A stretch of DNA of 64,000 bases from Lama guanicoe. Lineage: Eukaryota. A program made the translations under genes and the position numbers. The DNA lies in contig MU053934.1 of the NCBI GenBank assembly GCA_013239625.1, positions 7,335,352 to 7,399,351 of the forward strand, in the 5' to 3' direction. This document shows, piece after piece, positions 25,720 to 38,359 of this stretch. The notes under the pieces were generated by a model, which saw nothing but the letters and a program-made list of their open reading frames with translations, was not told where the DNA came from and did not search any database. Within the stretch, counting starts at the first letter, position 1, and the number at the start of each line of letters is the position of its first letter.

Positions 25720-26740
25720 GTTGCCATTCGGACCCGCCTGGGTCCTGGAGTCGGTGCTATCGGGTGGGGAGGCGGCCCCTGGGGGCGGGCCAGGGCTGGG
25801 CGGGGCGGTTTATATGGTCGCGCGCGCGGGCCGCTGGCTGCAGACAATACGCCTCTCGGTTCCAGCGCTCCGGGCGTCGCCACCACCGCCACCACCGCTA
25901 CCGCCACCGCCACCACCTACGCGAGGTGAGTCGGAGCCCTGCCGCCCCTGCCGTGACCCTAACTCGGCTGCGGCCCGCCCCTCCACCCAGCCCGAACCCG
26001 GCAGGTAAGCGCCTGGGGGCTGCCCTGGGCGCCGAGCTGCGGGAAAGTGGGGTCCCGTGCCCAGGTTTTTCTCGCCCAGATACGTTATTTGCAGGCGATG
26101 TCTCGGGACCCCGGCTCCAAAACACCCCGTCTCTGGCGGGAGCTCCAGTTCCCCGTTGGGAGCCCCTGCGGCCCCTGCGGGCCTCAGTCTCCGCATCTGT
26201 GCAATGGGGCGGCCCTTTTCCGCCGCGCCCGGGGCACCAGACGTCCCATCGCCCTCCTCCTCCCTCCTGCGCAGCCTCCGGGGCCGCGCTCCCACGTCCT
26301 CCCCGGTGGTGCGGACCCCGCCAGCCCAGGGCCGCGACGGCACAGCCGCGCGGTCACCAAAAAAGGAAGATGGCGTCGGCATGGGTCCCCGCCGGCCCCC
26401 GGGCGCCCCGGCGCCGCGCACCTGCGAAGGGCGGGAGACGGCCTGGCTGCGGGACGCGGGGAAGTCCGGAACAGGAACTGCGCGCGCGGCGGGCGCGGCC
26501 GCGCTCCGTCTGCCCGCGCCCCGCGCAGGTGCGCCCCGCGGGGAAGGCGTCGGGCTTGGTTTTGTAAACCTGGGGGGACCGCCGGCCGCCGCAGCGCTGG
26601 AGTGGCCGCCGGGCGCGTTCCATCCGGTGACCGCGAGGAGTCCCGCCGCCAGCCCCGGGCGGCCAAGACTCAGCCTGCGGGCCTCAGGGCTCCTCACACT
26701 TTTTCCAGGAGCTCGGGTCTCTTGGGTGCGAATCGTTTAG
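25720..26740 (+). promoter_or_regulatory. BIK: BIK CpG-island promoter
   Basis: CpG-dense. GC boxes at about 25782-25808 are followed by a TATA-like TTTATAT (25809-25815), about 30 nt before a plausible start at 'GCAGAC'. Confidence 0.75.
25840..25925 (+). other. BIK: BIK non-coding exon 1 (start approximate)
   Basis: Ends at the donor GAG|GTGAGT (25926). A 12.3-kb intron leads to the ATG-bearing exon. Contains an imperfect (CCA/CCG)n tract at 25879-25917. Confidence 0.7.
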
Positions 26741-29551
26741 TAAACCGTTAATTGTTACTGTAATTTTCACTAGAAGGAGCCACCCTGGCGGGGGGGATGT
26801 TGTTGTTCTTGCTGCTGCTGTTGTAACATTTTTCAAGCACCTACGTGGTGGGGTTTTCTGCCTAAGCTTCTCTCCAGCTCCCCAGGAAGGGGGCGTTGCC
26901 ATCACCTTATCTTTCCCATGTGAGGGAGGGCACAGACGACTGATCTCTTCTGGTCGCCCTCCAAGGATCCGAGGCCTCATTTTACAGACGGAGAAACTGA
27001 GACTTAATTCAGGAGGCATTATGCAGGCTGTCTACCTTAAAAACCCAGAGCCATTTTCTGGAAACCAAGCCAACCTCTTCACTCAGCAGCTTTCCAGCTG
27101 TGATGTCTTAGATGGGCTACTCCATCTCTCAGCCTCTGGGTCCAAGAGGTTTCTGACCAGGTGTGGGGGAGCACACCGCCTCCCCAAGTGCTGATGGCCG
27201 TTAGTGACTTCCCTGGAGTTAACACTTAAACCTTGTTTCTACTTGTTTTGGGCCTGCCCTTGGAATGAGTCCTTACAAGGGGACATTCTGGCTGTTCACT
27301 GGTACTGTTTTTCACCTGTTCCCTCAGTGGCCTGGATTCCAGTATTAGCCCCTTCCCCACCGTCTCATTTCCACTTCTCACTCCAGGATTTGGGGACTTG
27401 CCACCATCTTAACCTCCAGGTCACAGGGCAGCACTGATTGATTTGGCTGGTGCTTCTTTAGCCTTACCAACATTAGGTTATGCGTGTTTGCTTGGTTTTG
27501 GTTTAAAAATGTCTGAGTCTGGGGAAGCTGGCTTCCAGAGTGTGGGCTTTCAGGCAGTGCTTCAGAATGTCCTCCAGGGTGGGGAACATACTTAATTAAC
27601 CTTCTAATATGGCTGCCAGGTGGTCTTTTTTTTTGGTGGGAACTATCTCAGCAGGAATATTTCTCCAAGCTCCAGGGATCCAGTGAGACCTTCCATGGGA
27701 GTGTGTGAGGCCTAAAACAAATGGAATAATGTAGTTAGCATAGTCCTTGCGGATGTCACTCATTATCCTTTGCTATCTCAGCTCAGTTGCTGCCTCCTCT
27801 GAGAAGTCTTCCCTGACTACCTCATCGAAAGCCGCATCCCTCCCACTCTTCCCGCAACTTCCTCTGGCTTAGGACCTTATTTTGTCTTTAGGACACTAAA
27901 GACTGTAGAAATTACTGGTTCTCATTTAGTGTTCTTCATACTAGTCTGCAGCTCCACGAGAGCAGACTCACTGGAGCATCCCTAGTGGGCACTCTGGGAG
28001 GAAGCTGGAGAGAGGGTTCATGTATGTTAACTGTAAGTTTTATTAGGCGTAAAAGCTGAGCTGCTGAGAATCCAGAGAGCAGTGTTAGTCCATTTTCTCA
28101 CGTCCAATCTTCTAGTAAATGGAAGGGGGTACTCGGTGAAGGGCTCCATCCACCGGTGGGTCTTGACCCTGACCTCGGAGGTATTTTCCCCTCTCCCTGG
28201 AAAGCATCCTGTTTTTAGTGAACCCATTAAGTCTGTAGACAATTAATGGCTTCTCGCTTCCCCTGCCGCGGACATAGTGGATCCCACGAGAGTCTGACTG
28301 TTTTTCTCTCGGCTCAGAACAATTCCAAGGGGTTTCAAGGAAGTTCCCGGCACGCTTGGGTTTTGTTGTTGGCGGCCACCAGGAAGCCTGCAGTGGGTCT
28401 GGAGTGGACATGTGCCGCCATTCCCTGGTCTCTTTGTCCTGCCATGGGTTGGTTGGGGCCAGGCCCTGGGAGAAACACAGAATGTAAGCAAATAAGTCCC
28501 CGGCCTGAATCCCTCGCTGGCCCTGAGGCAGGCAGGAGAGGCCAGCCTGGTGGTCAGGGCGCTGGGGCGGGCTTGGAAAGGGCAGCTGATTTTCCTAGTG
28601 TCAATATTAGGATGTGACAACACAAAACACCCTCTGGGCTTGCCAGGCGCTGCATGGTAAACCTGTTTTTCTGGAGGTGGGAGAAGACACCGGGTCACCG
28701 AGTCCGAGAGGGCAGCCCACCTGGCAGTCTGGGAAGGGTCACTGTGTCTGTGGCTCAGAAGCCAGAAGCGGCTTTGTCGAGGCGGGGCAGAGATGCACCG
28801 GATTTCCCACGTGCAGCCCATGACGCATCCGGAAATCCCGGCTCTGACAAGGTCGGCAGGCCAGTGCCAACTAACAAGAGCTTCCCATTAGTGAGTGCTG
28901 ACTGTATGCCATGCACATAGCATCTGCCTCCTCTCTAAAAGTGAGGTTGTCCAGTCCAGGATCCCCCCAGCCAGAAGTTGCTTGTTATGTGAGTCCAGTT
29001 GCCTCGTTCTGTTTTGCAGTGTACTGCCTGCTTCCCACTAGGCTGTCCCTGTTCACTGGGGCCTGCTCTGAGCCAGGGCAGACAGACATGTAAACATTTA
29101 ATGAGACCATAATGGGCTAAGTGCCTCATCCAGGTCTGTTTACCCAAGGTGCTCCGACAGTGCAAATGAGGAGCAATTAATTCTGTCCTGGGAAGGGTGG
29201 GGAGGAGGTGGATTCTGGGCTGGGCCTGGACGAGGAAGCAGGTCCCCCACGCCAACCTTGGGAGGACAGAAGAAGGGTGTAAAGTTGAGGTTGAGGATGT
29301 GAAAGGGCCTGGGTGAGTCAGTCCACTGGGGAGCTGAGGGTCTATCCCAGGGAGGAAATTGGAGCCCCCAAGGCTGCCAGCTGGAGGGGTCCATGTCAGG
29401 ATCTGGTGAGTGGTTGAGACCCCTCAGAGCACTGAAGGGAGACCCAAAACTGAAAGAAAGGACCCCGAAGGCCACGTCTCTCTGAGGCCCCGGTGTCTGG
29501 GCCCAGCAGGGTGTAGTCCTTTACTTAAATTCTTAGGGACTTAAATACATG

Positions 29552-30365
29552 TTTTTTTTCAATTGAAGTACAGTTGATTTATAATATTGTGTTAGTTTCA
29601 GGTGTATAGCAAAGTGATTCAGGTATGTGTGTATATATATATATGAGTATATATATATTCTTTGATTCATTATCACTATAGGTTATTATAAGATACTGAA
29701 TGTAGTTTCCTGTGCTATATAGTAAGTCCCTGTTTATTTTAGTAGATAGTTTGTATGTGTTAATCCAACACTCCTAATTTATTCCTCCCCCTTTGGTAAT
29801 CATAAATTTGTTTTCTATGTCTGTGAGTCTGTTTCTGTTTTGTAAATAAGTTCATTTGTACTATTTTTAGATTCCATACATAAGTGATATCATGTAATAT
29901 TTGTCTTCCGGTCTGACTTACTTCACTTAGTATGATACAGTCACTAGGCCCGTCCATGTTGCTGCAGGTGGCAGTATTTCATTCTTTTTTATGGCTGAGT
30001 AATATTCCATTGTATTTATGTATCACGTTTTCTTAAACCAGTTGTCTGTTCATGGGCACTGGGGCTGTTTCCATGCTTGGCTATTGTAAGTAGTGCTGCT
30101 GGGAACATTGGGGTGCATGTATCTTTTTCCTTCCTTCTTTTAAAAAAATTTTTTTTTATTGAAGTACTGCCACCACGTATCTTTTTGAATTAGAGTTTCC
30201 ATCTTTTCCAGATATGTGCCCAGGAGTGGGATTGCTGGATCATATGGTAGCTCCATTAGTTTTTTAAGGAAACTCCGTACTGTTTTCCATCATGGCTGCA
30301 CCAATTTACATTCCCAGCAACAGTGTAGGAGGGTTCCCTTTTCTCCACACCCTCTTCAGCATTTA
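29552..30365 (-). mobile_element. L1 3' end
   Basis: Poly(T) then 'aattgaagtacagttgatttataatattgtgttagtttcaggtgtatagc...gattccatacataagtgatatcat...gggattgctggatcatatggtagctc...cccttttctccacaccct'. Confidence 0.85.
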
Positions 30366-30561
30366 TTTGAAATTCATGCTTTCAAACTGCAGATTCAGGC
30401 GTATCTTGGCACCCTTCTTTCTAATGGTGATGGAGAAGCACAGGGGTTCCCTTCTGGGTGTCAACAAGGGCTTGGTTGTCTGGGAACCCCCCTCCGACCT
30501 AGCCTTCCAGGTTTTCCTCACCTTGTTTCCCCCACCTGTTTTCTTTTCACTTCATTGAACT

Positions 30562-30836
30562 GTGTATTCTAACAAAATACCACAGACTGGGTGGCTCATA
30601 AGCCACAGACAGTGCTGGATGCTCGAAGTCTAAGGTCAGAGCACCTCAGACTTCCTCTATCCTTGGTAGAGGATGGGGGAGTGACTTTCCTGGGCCTGAT
30701 TTACAAGAGCACTTACCCCATTAGCAGAACCCTCATGATATAATTGCCTCCAAGAGGCCCCACCTTTTCCCATCGTGGGGCATTACGTTTTCAACAGAGG
30801 AATTTGGGGTGGGACACAGACTTTCAGACCTCAGCA
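30562..30836 (-). mobile_element. MLT1A-like MaLR LTR remnant
   Basis: 'taacaaaataccacagactgggtggct...gaagtctaaggtca...gaatttggggtgggacaca'. Confidence 0.6.
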
Positions 30837-31019
30837 AACTGTTTTTAAAACCAATTTCAAATTTATTTTTTAATTATCATTATTAATAAGATTATTAATT
30901 ATTATTAACCTGTAATTATTAATGTAGACTATTAATCTGTAACAACTTTCTCCATAGTTTGGAGTATTTTTATGGATATTTGAGCAAGAGAGTCATAAAA
31001 GGATCTGTCCCCAATGTTT

Positions 31020-31160
31020 ATTTTTGTTTTGTTCTTTTGTGGGGGGGTAATTAGGTTTATTTATTTATTTATTACTTATTTTTAATGGAGGTACTGGAAT
31101 TGAACCCAGGACCTCGTGCATGCTAAGCACGCACTCTACCACTGACCTACACCCTCCCCC
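31020..31160 (-). mobile_element. Vic-1-like SINE with TSD
   Basis: SINE body flanked by the direct repeat ATGTTTATTTT. Confidence 0.85.
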
Positions 31161-33924
31161 ACCATGTTTATTTTACAAGTGAAGAATTAGGGGTCCAGAG
31201 GGGCTAAGGAATTTGTCCAGAGTGGCACAGCCAAACTGGATCAGAACCCAGGTGTGCTCCCAGCCCGTTGCCCCTTGGCACAGTGTTTCCATTCATAAAT
31301 AATGCGTAACCAGTGAAACGAAAACGTTTGCATAAACAGCATCACAGCAGGTTCCTTATCTTGCTCTGTCACTGGACAGCTAACCAGGGCTTCTTTCCAT
31401 GTCGCTACACAGAGGCCCACTTCCTTCCATTTTTGCGGTGGCCAGCCTGCCCAGGTGTCGGCTTGGGGAGGAGATGGAGGCGCTGGTTTTGCATCATTCT
31501 TTCCACTGACATTCCTGAGCCCGTTGGGCCAGGCCCGCGTGAGGCCCAGGGGACCCGAGCCCAGTCAGCCCTGAGCAGCTCTCACCAAACTTTGACCCTT
31601 AACTATGGCCAAGAGTGTATCCCAGAGTTGAGGCCAGGTTTAATGTGTGTGTGAGAAGCCCCCCTATTTCCTCATCTGTAAATAGGGGCTAATGTTGCCC
31701 CTCCATAGGATTAAACCTGTGGAGTGCCTGGTGCCGGATAGGCACGTCCTGTGCTCATGGGCCTGAGGTGATGCCCAGTTATTGGGCCCTTTCTCCGCCC
31801 TACATGCAGGGCCCTGTGTGTTCCATCCACTGTCGAATTCAGTGAAAACTCTGACCATTCAGGCCTCAGAACAAGACCTTTGTCATTGTCAAGGCTGCCT
31901 GCCTGGTTTTCTTTTCTCCCGAGTGTATCAGCCACACTGCTGGCTCAGGGTATTTTTGGAGCCTGGAGGTGGGCAACATGATTCTATGGCCAAGAGGCTC
32001 TGAATTGCCATTCTTAGCCCTCCTAGGTCCCCTATCAGTAAAATGGGCAAAAATCCCCTCCTGAGAGAGGCTGAGTTCAGAAGATGCAAATAAAAAGGAT
32101 GTGGGGTTACTAAGCATTAAAGAACAGGCCCAGAGAGGGCAGCCTTTGCCTGAGGCCACACCAGCCAAGCCGAGGTTGGATCTCTCGCTTAGCCCAGTGG
32201 GTGGCTATGCCAGCACCTGGTTCAAGGTGGATCAGGCCAGCACCTGTGCTGGGTAGAGGGCTGTGGGGCCAGTGGGGACTGAGGGGGTGTCCATTCCAAG
32301 CTGCCACTTTCCAGATTACTGGGCAACTCCCTTCCACCCCTGCAGGTGAATTTCCAACTTTCTTTTTGCTTGAAATACCTTCCTCTCCCTCTCTCCTCTC
32401 CTTTTCCCCAGGTCATTTCTCCATCACTTAAGGGAGGTGAGCCCCGCCCACCTCGAACCAGCTGCTTTGGGCACCTGCAGGTTCCTAAGTCCGTACCCCC
32501 CCTGCCAGGTGGGGAGGGAGTGGGTGGGCACAGGGGCGGGGAGTGAGGCTGGGAGAGGTTGGGTGCTTGGTTCCTAAAATAGACCTTTAAGACAAACAGC
32601 ACCACGTCAGACCTCAAATTCAAGCTATGAACCTGAAACACAATTACTTTGGCTTTATTTTTTGAATCGTTGATATCAGCATGAACAGATAATTCAGGAA
32701 GACAAAAGCATACACAGTAAAGTGTCTCTTCCACCTTTGTCCCAGAGACGCCCCTGCCCCTCTTTGCCAATCACCTTTCTCCTCCAGGAGATGATCCGCG
32801 CAGATAGAGGAATTTGTCTTTTCTGTCCGTCCCTGTGGCAGCACAGTTAACAAGCTCCCTTCAAGGTCTTGGCACGGTGGTGCCTGCCAGGTACACGCAG
32901 GCGTACATGTATGACACACTTGGAGAGATCAAAGGGTGTGTGTACATTTGTGATGTTGGTAGCTGTCGTCACATTGACCCCCAGAGAATCAGGGACTAGC
33001 TGTTTCCCACGCCCTTGTGGGTCTGTTGATTTCTTAACCAGCTTTGGAGCCATGCTTGGTGGCAGAAAATGGGCGACAGTTGTATCTTTGACTTCTCCTA
33101 GCAGCCCTGGAGGTTGTGCTCTTTCTGCGCGGGAGAAGCCCTCTCTGAGCTGGGCTCAGAGCTAGGCGACTGGTCCTGGTCACACAGCAGTGGCAGAGTT
33201 GGGACTGGAACCTGGGTCTGTCCTGATGAAGTCACGGCTCTTCTGCTTGATGCTTGGAGCACTGGGTGCTATGTAAACCAGGGCATCACCTGCTCATGGG
33301 TTGGGACAGGGGTGATGTGTGGATGGGAAACCCTGAAGGAAAAGACTGGGAACCAGGGCTTTCCAGCTGGGTCCACCCGGCAGCCACTGGCCTCGCACTC
33401 GAGACTCCATTTATCAGGTGGCACTGGTGCGGCCCCAAACGTGACATCACCTGTTCCTGCTTTGCTGCCAGGCATTCAGGGACATAGGGAAGGCTGGGCT
33501 TGGGGCGACTGAGGGTCCACCCTCCAAGGAGAGGGCAGCTGTGCCCATCCCAGTGTGTCTGTGGAAGAGGCACAGCCAGTGAAACTGCAGGCTGGCTGGT
33601 CCAGAGCCTGCCCTCCCTTCCAAGCCCTGCAGGTGTCCTCATGGCTGCGGGGGCGTGTCCTTCGCACGAAGGTTAGATTTGCATCGCGATCTCTTGAGGG
33701 AGAATAGGTTCCTAAATGATATTTCCACTGAGTGTGTAGGAGGGCGTGTGTGGGCTGCAGCCTGGGTGGGGACACAGGGCTAGCTATGCCTTCCTTTCAC
33801 CAAAGAAGGGCTTTAAACTACTACAAAGAAGGGTTTGCAAATCTGCTGGAAAAAAATAGATGCTTGAAACCAGTCCAGGTTCCTGGATCTGCAGCTGCAG
33901 TGACCTCAGTCTTTGCCTTTGCTT

Positions 33925-34440
33925 AGTCATTCAACAAACATTTATCTCCTCAGTGCTCTGTGCGGAGATTAGTAGTAATGGCAGCTCCTGTTTTGTCACC
34001 TGCTTACACATTAACATGTGTCGGACACATTAACATGGCATCTATCACCCTGCCCTCACAGCAGTCCTGCCAAAGGGCTGTTGCTAGTGTCCTCATCAAG
34101 GAGTGAGGCACAGAGGTTGACTCAACCAAGGACACCCAGCAGGGACCAACGGGGATGTCAAAGGAGACTGAGAGTGGCCAGCGGCACTGCTCAGACAAAG
34201 GCTCAGAGGCCTGGCATGTCTGGACATGTGCTCGTTAGTGTGGCGGGAACAGGGTCCAGGATCAGGGTGGCAGGGCTAGGGTGGCCAGGAGTAGAAGGGG
34301 GTCCTGATCGTGGTGCAGCATGTCTCCCGGAGGGGACTGGGGCACGTGGAGTGGTAGCAGGGTCAGATCTGAGGCTGTTGTGTGGAGATCAGATTGGAGA
34401 GCCCAGCAGGAGCGGGGCCAGACAGGAAGGGACCAGCGGT
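33925..34440 (-). mobile_element. Diverged L2 remnant in BIK intron 1
   Basis: Starts 'tcattcaacaaacatttat' and contains 'caaaggctcagaggc' and 'gtcagatctgagg' L2-like segments. Confidence 0.45.
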
Positions 34441-37400
34441 GGCCCTGCACTGGGGCGGAGGGGCAGCTAGGAGGGACCAGAGCAGGTAGGCTGCTGCAGG
34501 GGCCCTGCCGCCTGCCCGGCCACACTGTTCACTCACTCAGATCTCAGGCGAGCCCAGGCCTGGCTGCTGATTCTTCTCCATTAATACCAGTCAGGATCTC
34601 TGCATTGGTGGAGGGGCAAGAGGGCTAAGGACTTGGATTACTTCACTCCTCTGACTTAGACACTGGATTAAGTGGTGAGCACTTCAGAGTTAATCCACAT
34701 GCAGGGCTGAAATCAGTGTCTGACAATAGTAGATACCAACATCAGCCAGGATTGTAAGACAGGCAGTGCGGGTTCTTGCCTAGAAAAGGAACCCTATTAG
34801 CTTGGGACCATTATCCCTGTTTAACAGATAAGGAAACTGAGGGTCTTGCCCAAGATCTCACTGCAAGTGAGTGGTTGGGTTAGGACGTTAACCTATGATT
34901 CCCCTGCCTGTTGGGAGCATCAGTGCAGGGCTCAGATGAGCACAGGGAGAGGGGAGTCTAGTGTCTATTCTAGGCCAGCTCAGGGAGGTCCAGAGGGGTC
35001 TGGGGACCCACATGAAGGTGCAGACACAGATCCTGCCCCCAAACAGTTCAGTCTGGCTGTAGCAGGGGCACCACTCCACTGCTCACCCATCCCTGGAGCT
35101 GGTCAGACACAGCGAGGGCCTCAACCCCAGCTTGGCCAAGCTGCCAGTAGTCACTGTCCCTGTTCAGGCACCTGCCCCTGTAGGATTCGGGCCCCTCACC
35201 TCATTTGGTACCCAAGGTTCCTAAGGATTCTAGGCATGACTACTGGGGAACAAGGGATGTTGGGACAGTAGGTCAAGGTGAGGCTCAAGCCATGTGCCCA
35301 GAAGTACCCCTATGGCCTCTTGCCTGTGGGGGAGGCAGGGGTTTCAATAGGAGCAAGAGCCATCTCTGGGAAGAGAACAGCCCCTTACGTGGGTGGGGGT
35401 GGGGGGTTTGTGGAGGGGTAAGGGAGCAGGGAGACAGATGCAAATGAGGGCTGGGGCAGCTTTCCCTGGGAAATGGCTATTTGCATAGACACCCTTGGGC
35501 CTGGAGCCTGAGCTTCTGGTCACAATTCCTTAAATGCCAGCCTAACACAAGTTCAAGTTCACATGGCTTACAAGCTATGCAATGTTACAACCTCTGTCTC
35601 CATTTATCTGGGTCTTTTAAGTCCTTTAATGGAGTTTAAAATGTTTCTCCATGAAAGATTTTAAGCATGCCACCTTAACATTCATTCCTGACCAACCTTA
35701 TGTGTCTGCAGTTGTATTTATCGTTTACTGTATTTTCTGGTTTTCTTGTAGAAAGCTATTGATTTTTGTATCTTGGTCTAACTTCCTAAGACACGTTGAC
35801 AATTTTCTCAATATAAATTTAACTGAAGTTAATTCAAGTTGTCTAACCTTTTGTGTTGGTCCCCCCTCCCCCCGCACTGTGTTGTCAGTGACCCCGGGGG
35901 ACCTGGGAGCAGGGTTTGTGACCCTGGCTCAGCAACCCCTGATTAAACGTGGAACGGAGGAGGGTCACCCTGGCTGCAAAGATGGCTTCAAACCACACTG
36001 ATTTTGTCATCTACTCTTTTTCTAAAGTGTTCTCAAACAGCTTTGCATCACAGGTGGGTTTAGAGTCACCTCATAGCTTTTAACTGATACCCAGCCTTTC
36101 CTAGAACAAATGTGTGAAGATTTAGGCTCCCAGAGTGAGAGCTGTGCTGGCTGTCTTAGGTTGTTAACAGCCTTTTAGGGGTCTTAGAAAAATCCTCTGT
36201 ATGTGCGTGTGGCCTGCTGGTTTGGGGGTGTCGCTGGGTCGGGCCTGCAGGTGCCCTCAGCAGGTGGCAGCACCCTTCCCCCCACCCCGCCTCAGGTGCC
36301 GGGGGGGGCACCCTCCCCCCACCCACCAGGTCTGACCTGACAGCTCCCTTCAGCCCACGGGGGAAGGTGCTGTCCTGACAGGTGCGGGTGGCATATGTCA
36401 GGCCGGGGCTCTTTTGTGGCCGTTGTGGCTGTGTTTACACGTCTGATCTCTCCAGCCCCAGCTCCTGCGAGCGCTGCCTTTCACGTTGAGCTTTCATCTG
36501 GAACAGATGTAAAACTGTTGCCCTCCTAGGAGACTGAGACAGCCATCTCTCTTTGATATAAATTCTGGGCACCTATTCTCTCTAGAACAATGTTGTCCTT
36601 ATGTGGTGTCCTTTCTCAAAGGCCAGAGTGCCCCAGACCCCCAAATACCTGTCTGCGCCCTCAATGACGTCACATCCATCTCTGCATGCAGTGTGGATGC
36701 ATTGTTGAGAGTGACCTGTCTAGACTCGCCCCGAGACACCTGGAGGATCCAGGAAACTCACTTGTGTGCCCACGAGCCCCTGCCCTGTCTCTGCATTTCC
36801 AGGCATCACCTTTTAATGCTGGAAGCACGTGGCCAGTGCAAGCTCATTTACTCTATGTCCCCTCACAGGGTGCCTGTGTGCATCCCGCCTGCAGTCCACT
36901 TCAGGGATGAACATTGGTCCACCCTGGCCTAGGTGGGAACAGGAGGCTTGGGTGTAAGCCAATTATTAATAATACTAATTATTGTAAGAATAATGGATTG
37001 AAGTACAGAGGTCAGAACAGTTAAGTGCCCGCTCCCTACGTGTTCCAGGCTCTGCTCAGAGTACTTGAAGGAGAGTCATTTAATCCTCAGACAGCCTACA
37101 GGGAGGCTACTGATACCTTACAGATGCCACGTTCTTCGTTATATTCTGGACTTAAGGCTGTTTGATACAGTGTGGGGGTAAATTATGGTGAACAGGGTCG
37201 GAGTCCTACCCAGCTATCACACATGATGTAAACATTTACTGAGGTGAGAATTCACACTTGTAAATAGGAAGACTGGCTGTGAGGAACAAGAAACTCAGTG
37301 GTGATTTGAACAAATTGGTTTTTTCCTTACGCAATTAGGCAGGCAGTGACTTAATATTTTTTGGGCTGTTCAACAATGCCATCAAAAAGCCAAACTCTAC

Positions 37401-38204
37401 CTCTGCTCTGTATTTGATATTCTTGTGCTCAACACTTCTGTAGCATAAAATGGCTGCTGCAGTTCCAACCCTCACTCCTATGTTGATGGCAGCAAGGAGG
37501 AAGAAGTCTGTCTGCTTCCTTTCAACCCCCACATCAGACTTTGAGACCTCATTGACCAAAACCGGGTTACATGCCCACCACTAGCTACAAGGCATGCCGG
37601 GGAAGTGGGAACAGGGCTCAGAGGAACACCGATTTAGGGCCACCCCAAAGAAAACTAGTTCTATCAGCAAGGAGCCAGGGGAGTGGAGGGGTGAGCCTTG
37701 CAGAAAGGAGGTTATCATATTGCAACAATCTTTGTAAGAACCACACAAATAAAATTCGCTTAAGAAGACCAAAAGAAAAAAGGTTCTTGAAATTTTTGAA
37801 AATATTTGTGTGATGTGTGTGTGTTTAGAAACTGTCAATATCCCTGTGGGAACTGGAATTGTGGATGACTTCCTCTTTAGGTTTATTTTTAGAAGCTGGC
37901 TTCTTGTGCTGGTCAATCCCAAGAGAGCCTGTATTACAGCCTTAGATCTGTACACCAAGAGAGACGGCAAGGACCCCTATGAATCATCAAATCCCTGACT
38001 TTGGGGATGTATGGCAGAGAAAAGAGAGGCACGGTGACTTGGCCAAAGGCACACAGCCAGCACAGAGCAGGATGCACGCCAGAGGGACCTGGGGTGGAGG
38101 TGAGGTAGGGTGAGGTGGGAGATGAGGACAGGTGACTAGTGAGTGAGACCCCAGATTACATACTTCTGGGTATCCAGTCTGTGTCTTTTTCCTCCAGAGA
38201 AGAA

Positions 38205-38359
38205 ATGTCTCAAGCAAGACCTGTCTCTAGGAACCTCTTTTTTTTGTACACCTTCCTGCAAAATCATGGCCCTGGCTCCCTGCACGAGCAAGTTGTGGGG
38301 GTTCCCGGCGTGACGGTGACCGATGTCTTGGAGTTCGATCCTGAGATCTCCCCTGACCG
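38205..38359 (+). CDS. BIK: BCL2-interacting killer, coding exon 1 (gene exon 2)
   Basis: Acceptor tcttttt cctccag|(38198) AGAAGAA ATG. Translates MSQARPVSRNLFFLYTFLQNHGPGSLHEQVVGVPGVTVTDVLEFDPEISPD(R). Donor CG|GTAGGT, 155 nt. Confidence 0.85.

Noticed and set aside
25764..26751. Long overlapping ORFs (227-295 aa) on both strands
   Set aside because: Stop-codon scarcity in a GC-rich CpG island; low-complexity R/P/G/A peptides with no recognisable domain.
38139..38204. Longer BIK N-terminus (MSETPDY...)
   Set aside because: GTG start lying in intron sequence upstream of the acceptor at 38197.
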